In this document: piece after piece, positions 53,540 through 62,023 of the stretch
Layout: each line of letters begins with the position of its first letter
Position numbering within the stretch: position 1 is the stretch's first letter
From: an uncultured Bacteroidales bacterium
GTDB lineage: Bacteria > Bacteroidota > Bacteroidia > Bacteroidales > UBA932
Direction: 5' to 3'
DNA: 64,000 nt
NCBI GenBank assembly: GCA_934717185.1
Contig: CAKUYQ010000016.1
Location: forward strand, 3,162 to 67,161
The notes under the pieces: model-generated
What the model saw: only the letters and a program-made list of their open reading frames with translations
The model's database searches: none
Told to the model about the DNA's origin: nothing
Made by a program: the position numbers and the translations under genes

Positions 53540-53571
53540 CAAAGATATGTGTTTTGTTTTTATCTACCAAA
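53540..53571 (-). promoter_or_regulatory. candidate Bacteroides-type promoter of the tRNA-tuf operon
   Basis: The minus strand reads TTTG-N20-TATCTTTG, with canonical -33/-7 consensus and spacing. It lies about 58 nt upstream of tRNA-Thr(TGT). Confidence 0.55.
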
Positions 53572-53597
53572 TATTTTTGGCATATTTTTTTGTAAAT

Positions 53598-55463
53598 TTA
53601 GTTGCTTCTATTCCATTCCTCTATTAATAAGGCAACTATATCATCTACATTGTACCTGCACATACTTATAAGTTCCTCCACCGTCCCCTGTTCAACAAAT
53701 TTGTCGGGAATACCCATACCTATAATCTTTACGGGTTTTCTGCATGACACATATTCGCATATTGCACCGTAGAGCCCCCCCTTAACGGTACCGTCCTCTA
53801 TGGTTATTATCTTGTCGTAGCTGTTGAGGATTTTATCTACAAGTTCTGTGTCTAAGGGTTTAAGGAAGCGCATGTCGTAGTGCCCCGGGGTTATTCCCTG
53901 TGCCTTGAGCTGTTCTGTTGCTTTGGCTACCCTGTTGCCGGTTGTTCCCAACGAGAGGATTGCTATTCTGCTTCCCGACAATATCTCGCGGCCCTTTCCC
54001 GGCTCTATAAAGGTGTATTCGTTTGGGAGCGGAAGGCCTTCGCATTTGCCTCTTGGGTATCTTATGGCGGTGGCTCCGTATTGCTCCTGAGTCGCCGAGT
54101 ACATTATGTTACGCAGCTCTATCTCATTCATGGGAGCGGCTATCGTAATGTTTGGAATGGGACGTAGGTAGGCAAGATCGAATGCGCCGTGGTGTGTTGC
54201 GCCATCCTCGCCAACCAATCCTGCCCTGTCTATGCAGAAGATTACCTTAAGGTTCTGCAGGGCTACATCGTGTACGATGTTGTCGTATGCTCTCTGCAGG
54301 AATGTTGAGTAGATATTGCAGAACGGAAGTGCCCCTGCTGCTGCCAATCCTGCCGAAAATGTTACCGCATGCTCCTCTGCTATGCCAACGTCAAAGCTGC
54401 GGTTGGGGAACACCTTCATCATGCCTGTCATGGAGCAACCGCTTGCCATTGCCGGTGTTATTCCAACAATATTTGGATTGGTTTCTGCTAAATCTATTAT
54501 GGTGCTGCCAAAGATCTCTTGGTATTTGAGCCTGTTGTCGCTGCTTTTTACCCTTTCTCCGGTCTTAATGTCAAAGGTGCCGGGTGCGTGCCAGACGGTC
54601 TGGTTCTGCTCGGCAGGTTTGTAGCCTTTCCCTTTTATTGTGCGTACATGCAGGATTTTTGGCCCGCGTATATCCTTTATGTTGGTGAGGGTTGTTACAA
54701 GCTGCCCTATATCGTTGCCGTCTATTGTGCCAAAGTACCTGAATCCCATGGCTTCAAAGAGGGTTCCGTTTTTAAGTAGTGCAGATTTTGTTGTAATCCA
54801 GAATTTTTGGATTAACCTGCGTACGCGCCCGTTGCCAAGCCTGTTCCAGACTTTGTTCTTTACCTTATTATATAAAGGGGAGGTGGACAGCTTCACAAGA
54901 TAGTTGTGCATTGCACCTACATTCTTGTCTATTGAGATCTGGTTGTCGTTGAGGATAACTAAAATGTCTGAATTCATTGAGCCTGCATTGTTCAATGCTT
55001 CGTATGCCAAGCCTCCCGACAAAGCACCGTCTCCTATCACCGCTATTATGTGGTTATGCAGCCCCTGCAGCTGCTCCCCAACGGCAATACCAAGCGCCCC
55101 CGAAATGGAGGTTGATGTGTGTCCTGCTCCAAATGGATCGTATTCGCTCTCCGATCTTTTTGTGAAACCGCTCAGCCCGTTGAGTTTTCTGTTGTTCTTA
55201 AAGGCCTCTTTTCTGCCGGTTAGAATCTTGTGGGCGTATGCCTGATGTCCTACATCCCAGATGAGCTTGTCGTTAGGTGTATTAAAGACGTAATGTATAC
55301 CCACGGCAAGTTCAACAGCACCAAGACTTGCTCCAAGATGCCCGGGATTCTTTGCGCAGCACTCTATCATATATTCTCTTATCTCATCGCACAGAATGCC
55401 GAGCTTGTCTATGCTCAGGCCTCTTATATCTTTGGGATAGTTGATATTGTCTAATAGTTTCAC
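53598..55463 (-). CDS. dxs: 1-deoxy-D-xylulose-5-phosphate synthase
   Basis: 621 aa with GHQAYAHKILTGR and the GDGALSGGLAYEALNNAG TPP motif. The layout is transketolase-like. Confidence 0.95.
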   Translation of the reverse strand: MKLLDNINYPKDIRGLSIDKLGILCDEIREYMIECCAKNPGHLGASLGAVELAVGIHYVFNTPNDKLIWDVGHQAYAHKILTGRKEAFKNNRKLNGLSGFTKRSESEYDPFGAGHTSTSISGALGIAVGEQLQGLHNHIIAVIGDGALSGGLAYEALNNAGSMNSDILVILNDNQISIDKNVGAMHNYLVKLSTSPLYNKVKNKVWNRLGNGRVRRLIQKFWITTKSALLKNGTLFEAMGFRYFGTIDGNDIGQLVTTLTNIKDIRGPKILHVRTIKGKGYKPAEQNQTVWHAPGTFDIKTGERVKSSDNRLKYQEIFGSTIIDLAETNPNIVGITPAMASGCSMTGMMKVFPNRSFDVGIAEEHAVTFSAGLAAAGALPFCNIYSTFLQRAYDNIVHDVALQNLKVIFCIDRAGLVGEDGATHHGAFDLAYLRPIPNITIAAPMNEIELRNIMYSATQEQYGATAIRYPRGKCEGLPLPNEYTFIEPGKGREILSGSRIAILSLGTTGNRVAKATEQLKAQGITPGHYDMRFLKPLDTELVDKILNSYDKIITIEDGTVKGGLYGAICEYVSCRKPVKIIGMGIPDKFVEQGTVEELISMCRYNVDDIVALLIEEWNRSN

Positions 55464-55582
55464 CTCTTTTTTAAGTTTGTTGGGGGCGCAAGTTACAACT
55501 TTTTTTGACAGTTATAATAAAAATGCCTAACTTGCTTGGCGTTTTTCGTACCCTAAGGTAGAAATTATTAAATTATACAATA

Positions 55583-57004
55583 GTGAATAATACAATCAAA
55601 ACTTTAAAGGATTCGGCGGCTATGAGGTGGACCGCCTTGGTGTTGCTTGCAATGGCAATGTTCTTTGGGTATATCTTTATGGATATACTGTCGCCTCTAA
55701 TGAGTATGTTACAGGATTATAGGGGTTGGGATCCAACTGCTTACGGCAGATACGCCGGTTCCGAGACCTTCCTTAACGTATTTGTCTTCTTCCTCATATT
55801 TGCAGGTATTATCTTGGATAAGATGGGGGTAAGGTTTACAGCTATTTTGTCGGGAGCTGTAATGGTAGCGGGTGCTTCTATAAACTACTTGGCTGTTTCA
55901 GACGCTTTTGTGGGCAGCTCCATAGAGGCTTTCTTTACAAATAACCTTAATATTCCGGAGCAGTGGTGGAATATAACACCGTTCTATGCAGGTATGCCCG
56001 CTTCTGCCAAATGCTCGGCTATAGGCTTTATGATTTTTGGCTGTGGCGTTGAGATGGCAGGTATAACGGTTTCACGCGGAATTGTAAAATGGTTTAAGGG
56101 AAAAGAGATGGCGCTTGCAATGGGTTGCGAGATGGCGTTGGCAAGAGTTGGTGTTGCCGTGGTGATGGTTGGTTCTCCATTTGTAGCATCAAAGATTGGG
56201 GCTGTTCCAAGTGTTTCAAGGCCGGTTCTGTTTGCCGTTATACTTCTTATTATAGGCCTTATCTCATTTATCGCATACGCGTTCATGGATAAGAAACTTG
56301 AGAAACAGATGGGCGAGAGCGGAGAGGAGAAGGATGATCCGTTTAAGTTGTCTGATCTTAAATATCTGTTTGGTAGCAAGGTCTTCTGGCTTGTGGCTAT
56401 CTTGTGCGTGCTATATTATTCTGCAATATTCCCGTTCCAAAAGTATGCGATAAATATGTTGCAGTGTAATCTTGGGCTTTCTGCAGAGACAGCCGGCCTT
56501 ATATTCTTCTGGTTCCCTATTGGAGCGGCTGCAATCACACCGTTCTTGGGTAATTTCTTGGATAAGAAGGGTAAGGGTGCAACAATGCTTATATACGGTG
56601 CACTTCTTATGATATTGTGCCATCTTACATTTGCATTTATACTTCCTGCAACCAAGTCTGTTGTAGTTGCGGTTATAGGAATTGTGCTGTTGGGCATATC
56701 GTTCTCGTTGGTTCCGGCCTCTTTGTGGCCATCTGTTCCTAAGCTTGTGGACGAGAAGCTGTTGGGTTCTGCATATGCAGTTATTTTCTGGATTCAGAAT
56801 ATAGGTCTGTATCTGTTCCCTATGATTATAGGTATGGTTATCTCTGCAACCAATCCCGGTGTTACAGATCCTTTGAAATACAATTATACTGTTCCTATGG
56901 TGGTGTTTGCATCTCTTGGAGTACTTGCCCTTGTATTCGGGTTGTGGCTTAAGGCTCTTGATGCAAAGAAACATTACGGTTTGGAGCAGCCTAACATCAA
57001 ATAA
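55583..57004 (+). CDS. MFS transporter (paralog 1)
   Basis: 473 aa with about 12 predicted TM helices. The GTG start is supported because the N-terminus MNNTIKTLKDS aligns with MNKAIKTLKDS of the downstream paralog. Confidence 0.8.
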   Translation: MNNTIKTLKDSAAMRWTALVLLAMAMFFGYIFMDILSPLMSMLQDYRGWDPTAYGRYAGSETFLNVFVFFLIFAGIILDKMGVRFTAILSGAVMVAGASINYLAVSDAFVGSSIEAFFTNNLNIPEQWWNITPFYAGMPASAKCSAIGFMIFGCGVEMAGITVSRGIVKWFKGKEMALAMGCEMALARVGVAVVMVGSPFVASKIGAVPSVSRPVLFAVILLIIGLISFIAYAFMDKKLEKQMGESGEEKDDPFKLSDLKYLFGSKVFWLVAILCVLYYSAIFPFQKYAINMLQCNLGLSAETAGLIFFWFPIGAAAITPFLGNFLDKKGKGATMLIYGALLMILCHLTFAFILPATKSVVVAVIGIVLLGISFSLVPASLWPSVPKLVDEKLLGSAYAVIFWIQNIGLYLFPMIIGMVISATNPGVTDPLKYNYTVPMVVFASLGVLALVFGLWLKALDAKKHYGLEQPNIK

Positions 57005-57049
57005 TAAAGTGGAATTCAATTTTAATTACTAATACTTACCTAAAATTTT

Positions 57050-58435
57050 ATGAATAAGGCGATAAAAACCTTGAAAGACAGTAAGACAGCTTGCTGGATA
57101 GCCTTGGCACTGTTGGTTGTGCCAATGTTTGCATCCTATTTCTTTGACGATATGTTCTCAACCATATCGCACATTTTTAAAAATCCAAATTTGTTAGAGT
57201 TAGGTTGGAACTCGGGTGAATACGGCTTCTATGCCGGTGGATATTCATTCTTGTGCGTTTGGGGCGGACTTATAATATGCGGTATGCTGTTGGATAAATG
57301 GGGCGTAAGGGTAACAGGCTCTATTTTCGTTGGATTGATGGTTGTTGGTGCAGCATTGGTATCGTTTGCCATATCTGCCGGATTTGAACCAAAAACCTCT
57401 CTCGCGGTTGCATATACAGGATGTATGATATTCGGATTGGGAAGTGAGATTGCAGGTGTGGCTGTGACCCGTTCAATTGCCAAATGGTTTAAAGGAAAAA
57501 ATATGGCTTTGGCAATGGGCTTGCAGCTTGCTATTGCCAGATTGGGAACTGCGTTGGCATTCTTCCTATCACCTATACTTGTAACAATGAAGGCACAGGG
57601 CGAGATCTATCACCTTACAGATACCAATAAACCTGCATTGTTTGGCCTTATGCTATTGTTCTTAGGTGCTATCCTTTGGGCAATATTTGTTGCAATGGAT
57701 GCTAAATTTGACAGACAGCTTGGTACAACAGACAAAGTTGTAACATCTGAGGAGGATAAATTCAAATTTTCAGACATATTCAGGGTACTTGGTAACAAGC
57801 ATTTTATTTTAGTGTCACTGCTTTGCGTATTCTTCTACTGCTGTATTATCTCATTCAAGAAGTTTGGAACATCTATCCTTATCCCAAGATTCGGTATTGA
57901 CGTAGATACTGCAAAGTGGATGGTTACAATGATACCTTTCTTTACAGTTATATTTACTCCGTTGTTCGGTACATTGGTAGACAAGATTGGAAAAGGTACA
58001 AGATGGATGATAATAGGTTCTGTACTGGTATTGACATCGCATCTTATCATTGCATTTGCACCAAGTGTAACTTACTTTGGATATATAGGCATTGCATTGT
58101 TGGGCGTTGGTTATTCATTAGTTCCTGCTGCCATGTGGCCATCTGTTCCTAAAATTATCCCTGAGAAGAATTTGGGAACAGCCTACTCTCTTATCTATTG
58201 GATTCAGAATATGGGTATGCTTATAGTGCCTATTTTTGTTGGATTGATATTCAATAAATATATTACAGCCGATGAAGGCGATGCCATGAGAATCGCTCAG
58301 GAGCAGACTGCTGCGGTAGGAGCAGAGTATATATTTATAGGTCTTGGCATTGTGGCTGTTGTGGTATCTCTACTGTTTGCTGCCTCTTCCAAGAAGAATC
58401 CTCAGTTGGAATTGGATATGCCTAACAAGAAGTAA
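57050..58435 (+). CDS. MFS transporter (paralog 2)
   Basis: 461 aa, collinear with paralog 1. Shared blocks include AKWFKGKxMALAMG and PASLWPSVPK versus PAAMWPSVPK. Confidence 0.8.
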   Translation: MNKAIKTLKDSKTACWIALALLVVPMFASYFFDDMFSTISHIFKNPNLLELGWNSGEYGFYAGGYSFLCVWGGLIICGMLLDKWGVRVTGSIFVGLMVVGAALVSFAISAGFEPKTSLAVAYTGCMIFGLGSEIAGVAVTRSIAKWFKGKNMALAMGLQLAIARLGTALAFFLSPILVTMKAQGEIYHLTDTNKPALFGLMLLFLGAILWAIFVAMDAKFDRQLGTTDKVVTSEEDKFKFSDIFRVLGNKHFILVSLLCVFFYCCIISFKKFGTSILIPRFGIDVDTAKWMVTMIPFFTVIFTPLFGTLVDKIGKGTRWMIIGSVLVLTSHLIIAFAPSVTYFGYIGIALLGVGYSLVPAAMWPSVPKIIPEKNLGTAYSLIYWIQNMGMLIVPIFVGLIFNKYITADEGDAMRIAQEQTAAVGAEYIFIGLGIVAVVVSLLFAASSKKNPQLELDMPNKK

Positions 58436-58496
58436 AAAATGGTGTTGTCTTAAGAGACAACCTAAAAGCAGGTCCTGCATTTGCAAGACAATAATA

Positions 58497-58528
58497 AGGG
58501 TGGCTCGTTTGAGCCACCCTGTTTTTTT
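58497..58528 (+). terminator. intrinsic terminator after MFS paralog 2
   Basis: Perfect 10-bp stem agggtggctc / gagccaccct, a 4-nt loop, then gTTTTTTT. Confidence 0.8.
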
Positions 58529-58603
58529 GACTTCTCGCATTTTACAGCTATCTTTACAGAGATTACAAAACTGCTTTAGGAATAAATATACCGCTTTAGA
58601 AAA

Positions 58604-59323
58604 ATGGAACTTGAAATCTGCGCATACTCCATAGAATCTTGCCGTAATGCAAGAGAAGCTGGAGCCAACAGAGTAGAGCTCTGCTCATCACCCCAAGAAG
58701 GTGGAACCACCCCATCCATGGGGATGATTGCTGCTGCATCAAAATTATTGAAGAGGCAAACGGAATTCCAAGGAGATAAACCTTTGGAACTATATGTTAT
58801 GATAAGACCGCGCGGAGGAGACTTTGTATATACAGATGAGGAGTTTGATGTAATGCAGAGAGACATCTCTGCTATTGGAGAATCCGGCATAGCTGTAGAC
58901 GGTGTGGTTTTTGGCATTCTCACGCAAGACGGCCATATAGATATTGAGCGGAACAGACAGCTTGTAGAATTAGCCGGCAAATATAATCTTAAAGTCACAT
59001 TCCACAGAGCAGCAGACAGATGCACCTCTGCACCGGAGCAGATAGTTGAGGATATTATAGAAACAGGTGCATACCGCATATTAACATCGGGGCAGAAACC
59101 AACAGCCGAGGAGGGTATAGATAATATAAGGTGTATGGCAAAGGCAGCTGCAGGCAGAATAAAAATAATGTGCGGCAGCGGGGTGACAGAGAAAAATGCT
59201 TCACTCTTAAAAGAGTGTGGTGTTGATGCGGAACATGCAACAGCCAAAAACTTCCGTACAAGCAACGCCTGCAATATAATGAATGAGACAGATACAATAA
59301 TGTATTCAGATAAAACAAAAATT
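58604..59323 (+). CDS. cutC: CutC-family (copper homeostasis protein CutC-like TIM barrel) domain; no stop codon before the next coding unit
   Basis: The first 240 codons of the 1139-aa ORF match the CutC pattern (MELEICAYS, GANRVELC, IRPRGGDF, TFHRA, ILTSGQ). The frame then continues without a stop into a lipoprotein signal peptide. Confidence 0.75.
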
Positions 59324-62023
59324 ATGAACATATTAAAAGAACTTAAACTAATTGTTCTGTTTGCTCTGCTGCCAATTCTATCATGCACAGTAACAGAAAA
59401 GGATTACCGCTATTGCAAGGAGATACAGGAGAATCCAAACCTCTCAAAAGAGGAGAAGGAGGCGCTCGACTTTATCTACAGATATTCTCCGTTAGAGGAT
59501 ATAACAGAGTATGGGCCGAATTTCTGGATTGCCAATGTCAAACAGACTTTTAAAGTTAGGGAGTCCACCCCATGGGGTAATACTATTCCCCACAATATTT
59601 TCAGACACTATGTCCTTCCCATAAGGGTAAACAATGAGGCTGTGGACTCTGCTCGGATAGTCTTTTGGAAAGAACTTGAGCCACGAATAGCAAACTGTAA
59701 GACTATGGAGGAGGCTGCCCTTGCTGTTAACCATTGGTGTCACGAAAAAGCCAACTATCAGCCTACAAATGCAAGGACTTGCAGCCCTACTGCCATGATA
59801 TTAAGGACATACGGCAGATGTGGCGAGGAGTCTGTATTTGCTGTTGCAGCACTAAGAGCCGCAGGACTTCCTGCCCGGCAGATCTATACCCCGCGCTGGG
59901 CGCACTGCGATGATAACCATGCTTGGATTGAGGTTTGGATAGATGGGCAGTGGAAATATCTTGGCGCTTGCGAGCCGGAGCCTGCACTTAACATGGCCTG
60001 GTTTACATTCCCTGCCAGCAGAGGTCTGTTCATGCAGACAAGGGTGTTTGGTAAATATACAGGTGATGAGGAGGTTGTGAAAGAGGGTGATCTGGTGACA
60101 TATATAAATGCAACCCCTACATACGCAGAAACGTCTAAACCTGTCATAAAGGTGACAGATGCCAACGGCAAACCTGTGGAGGGGGCAACTGTCGATTACA
60201 GAGTATATAACTATTCGGAACTATTCCCTGTTGCAACGCTTAAGACAGACAAGAAAGGGGAGTGTTCATTGACAATAGGTAATGGAGATTGGGTTATATG
60301 GGCGAGCAAAGGGGGGCTTTATAACTATGTAAAGGTAAATCCTGCCGGTAAAGATGTGATTACTGTAGTAATTGATAAGGATAACAGTAACTTTATAACA
60401 GATACGCTTTCCATTGTACCTCCTGCCGGACGTGCATTTGCTTTGAGCGTAAGCGAAAAGGAGAGGGAGGCAAATGATCGTATGCTTGTCGCAGAGGATT
60501 CTATTAGGGCGGCATATGCAGCTACATTTTTAGGCAAAGACGAGACATTCGGCTGGGGTGGCTGCCTTGGTTTTTACAATGACAAAAAAGAGCGTTTGTG
60601 GAATATAGTTAAAAATTCATACGGAAATTACGGACAGATAATAGATTTCTATAATGAAACCTATAACGACAAGATACTTCCCGATAACAGGACAGTTATA
60701 GCGCTGGCACTGCTTGAAGCATTGGAGGAGAAGGATCTTCAGGATCTTAAGGGGGATATGCTCTTCTCACATCTTCATGCGGCATTCGCTAACGGTAAAG
60801 AAAATTCTTTAATTGCAGCACTATACAACAAAGATGATTTGCAGGGAAGCGACATGGCTATAAAATATATCATATCTCCACGAATAAGCACAGAGAGCCT
60901 TACACAATGGAGAGGAAAGATATACAATTGGCTATCTTCCAACAAATTACTTTTATCCGGGGTAAAAGACAATAATGCACTTGCCCGGTCTGTAATGGAT
61001 TTTGTAAAGACTAATGTCATTATTGATCCAACAACAGGGCGCGGCGATGTACACTTGTCACCTGCAAGTATGCTTAAAAGGATGAGAGGGGAGAAGAGAT
61101 CTGCAGATATTTTTTTGGTTGCATGTTTAAGGACGGCATGTATTCCTGCAAGACTGAACCCAATAGACGGCAAGCCTCAATACTTTGCAGATGATTGGAT
61201 TACCTGCGACATATTCGCAGAAACTTCCGTAGCACAGAATTCAAGCGCATCTTCACAGAAGTATGGATGGCTGTCATTAAAATGCAATGGTGATAATCCG
61301 TTGTACTACATAAACTTCACTGTTTCAAAAATGGAAAAAGGACGCCCTTGGCTAAGGGATCTAGGAAGCTCTGCAGAGGGTGATATGGGCCCGGGTATGA
61401 GACTCAACTCTATTTTTGCATCACCTGTAAAGTTGGAAGCCGGTACATATCTGCTGACTACGGGCAACCGTAAAAGCGACGGCAGTGTTAAATGCCAACT
61501 TAAAATGTTTGAGATAAAGGCAGACGATACAACTGCGTTCTATTTTGAACTGCCTGCAATGGAGGAGACCTTTACACCGCTTGCAACTATTCCACAATTG
61601 GCCGATTATCTTCCTCTTCCTAACAACAACTACACAGCTGTAGCCATCATATCATCTTCAAATGAGCCTACAAACCACATGATTAGGGATATAAGTGCAA
61701 TGGCAGGAGATTTTGAAAAATATCCCGTAGAGTTCAGCTTCCTTCTTAGGAACGATATGGAATTTAAACAGTTTGTTTCCGGCAACAAGCGCCCACTTCC
61801 ACAGAATCTTACGCTTAAGGTAGACAAGGGGCAAAAAGTTGAATCACTTATAACATCTGCTCTTGCTGAAGCGGGACTGATGCCGGCAGATGGAGAGGCT
61901 CAATTGCCGCTGCTTGTTATGGTAAACAAAAAAGGAGAAGTGGTTTACTTCTCCTCCGGATATAGGATTGGAACAGGTTACCAGATCTCAAAATATCTTG
62001 TTTCTACAGGAACAAATGAATAG
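59324..62023 (+). CDS. large lipoprotein with a transglutaminase-like (Png1/NGLY1-type) cysteine-protease core
   Basis: Internal ATG at 59324 gives MNILKELKLIVLFALLPILSC (signal peptide plus lipobox). The core YGRCGEESVF...NHAWIEVW...YLGACE lies at about 59807..59983. This unit is in the same frame as cutC, with no intervening stop. Confidence 0.7.
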   Translation: MNILKELKLIVLFALLPILSCTVTEKDYRYCKEIQENPNLSKEEKEALDFIYRYSPLEDITEYGPNFWIANVKQTFKVRESTPWGNTIPHNIFRHYVLPIRVNNEAVDSARIVFWKELEPRIANCKTMEEAALAVNHWCHEKANYQPTNARTCSPTAMILRTYGRCGEESVFAVAALRAAGLPARQIYTPRWAHCDDNHAWIEVWIDGQWKYLGACEPEPALNMAWFTFPASRGLFMQTRVFGKYTGDEEVVKEGDLVTYINATPTYAETSKPVIKVTDANGKPVEGATVDYRVYNYSELFPVATLKTDKKGECSLTIGNGDWVIWASKGGLYNYVKVNPAGKDVITVVIDKDNSNFITDTLSIVPPAGRAFALSVSEKEREANDRMLVAEDSIRAAYAATFLGKDETFGWGGCLGFYNDKKERLWNIVKNSYGNYGQIIDFYNETYNDKILPDNRTVIALALLEALEEKDLQDLKGDMLFSHLHAAFANGKENSLIAALYNKDDLQGSDMAIKYIISPRISTESLTQWRGKIYNWLSSNKLLLSGVKDNNALARSVMDFVKTNVIIDPTTGRGDVHLSPASMLKRMRGEKRSADIFLVACLRTACIPARLNPIDGKPQYFADDWITCDIFAETSVAQNSSASSQKYGWLSLKCNGDNPLYYINFTVSKMEKGRPWLRDLGSSAEGDMGPGMRLNSIFASPVKLEAGTYLLTTGNRKSDGSVKCQLKMFEIKADDTTAFYFELPAMEETFTPLATIPQLADYLPLPNNNYTAVAIISSSNEPTNHMIRDISAMAGDFEKYPVEFSFLLRNDMEFKQFVSGNKRPLPQNLTLKVDKGQKVESLITSALAEAGLMPADGEAQLPLLVMVNKKGEVVYFSSGYRIGTGYQISKYLVSTGTNE

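Noticed and set aside
56411-57019. 202-aa ORF antisense to MFS paralog 1.
   Set aside because: It is a shadow ORF with a Cys/Arg/His-rich, non-protein-like composition.
58576-59388. 270-aa ORF antisense to cutC.
   Set aside because: The opposite strand carries clear CutC motifs. The antisense product is hydrophobic and low-complexity, with no start context or homology signal.
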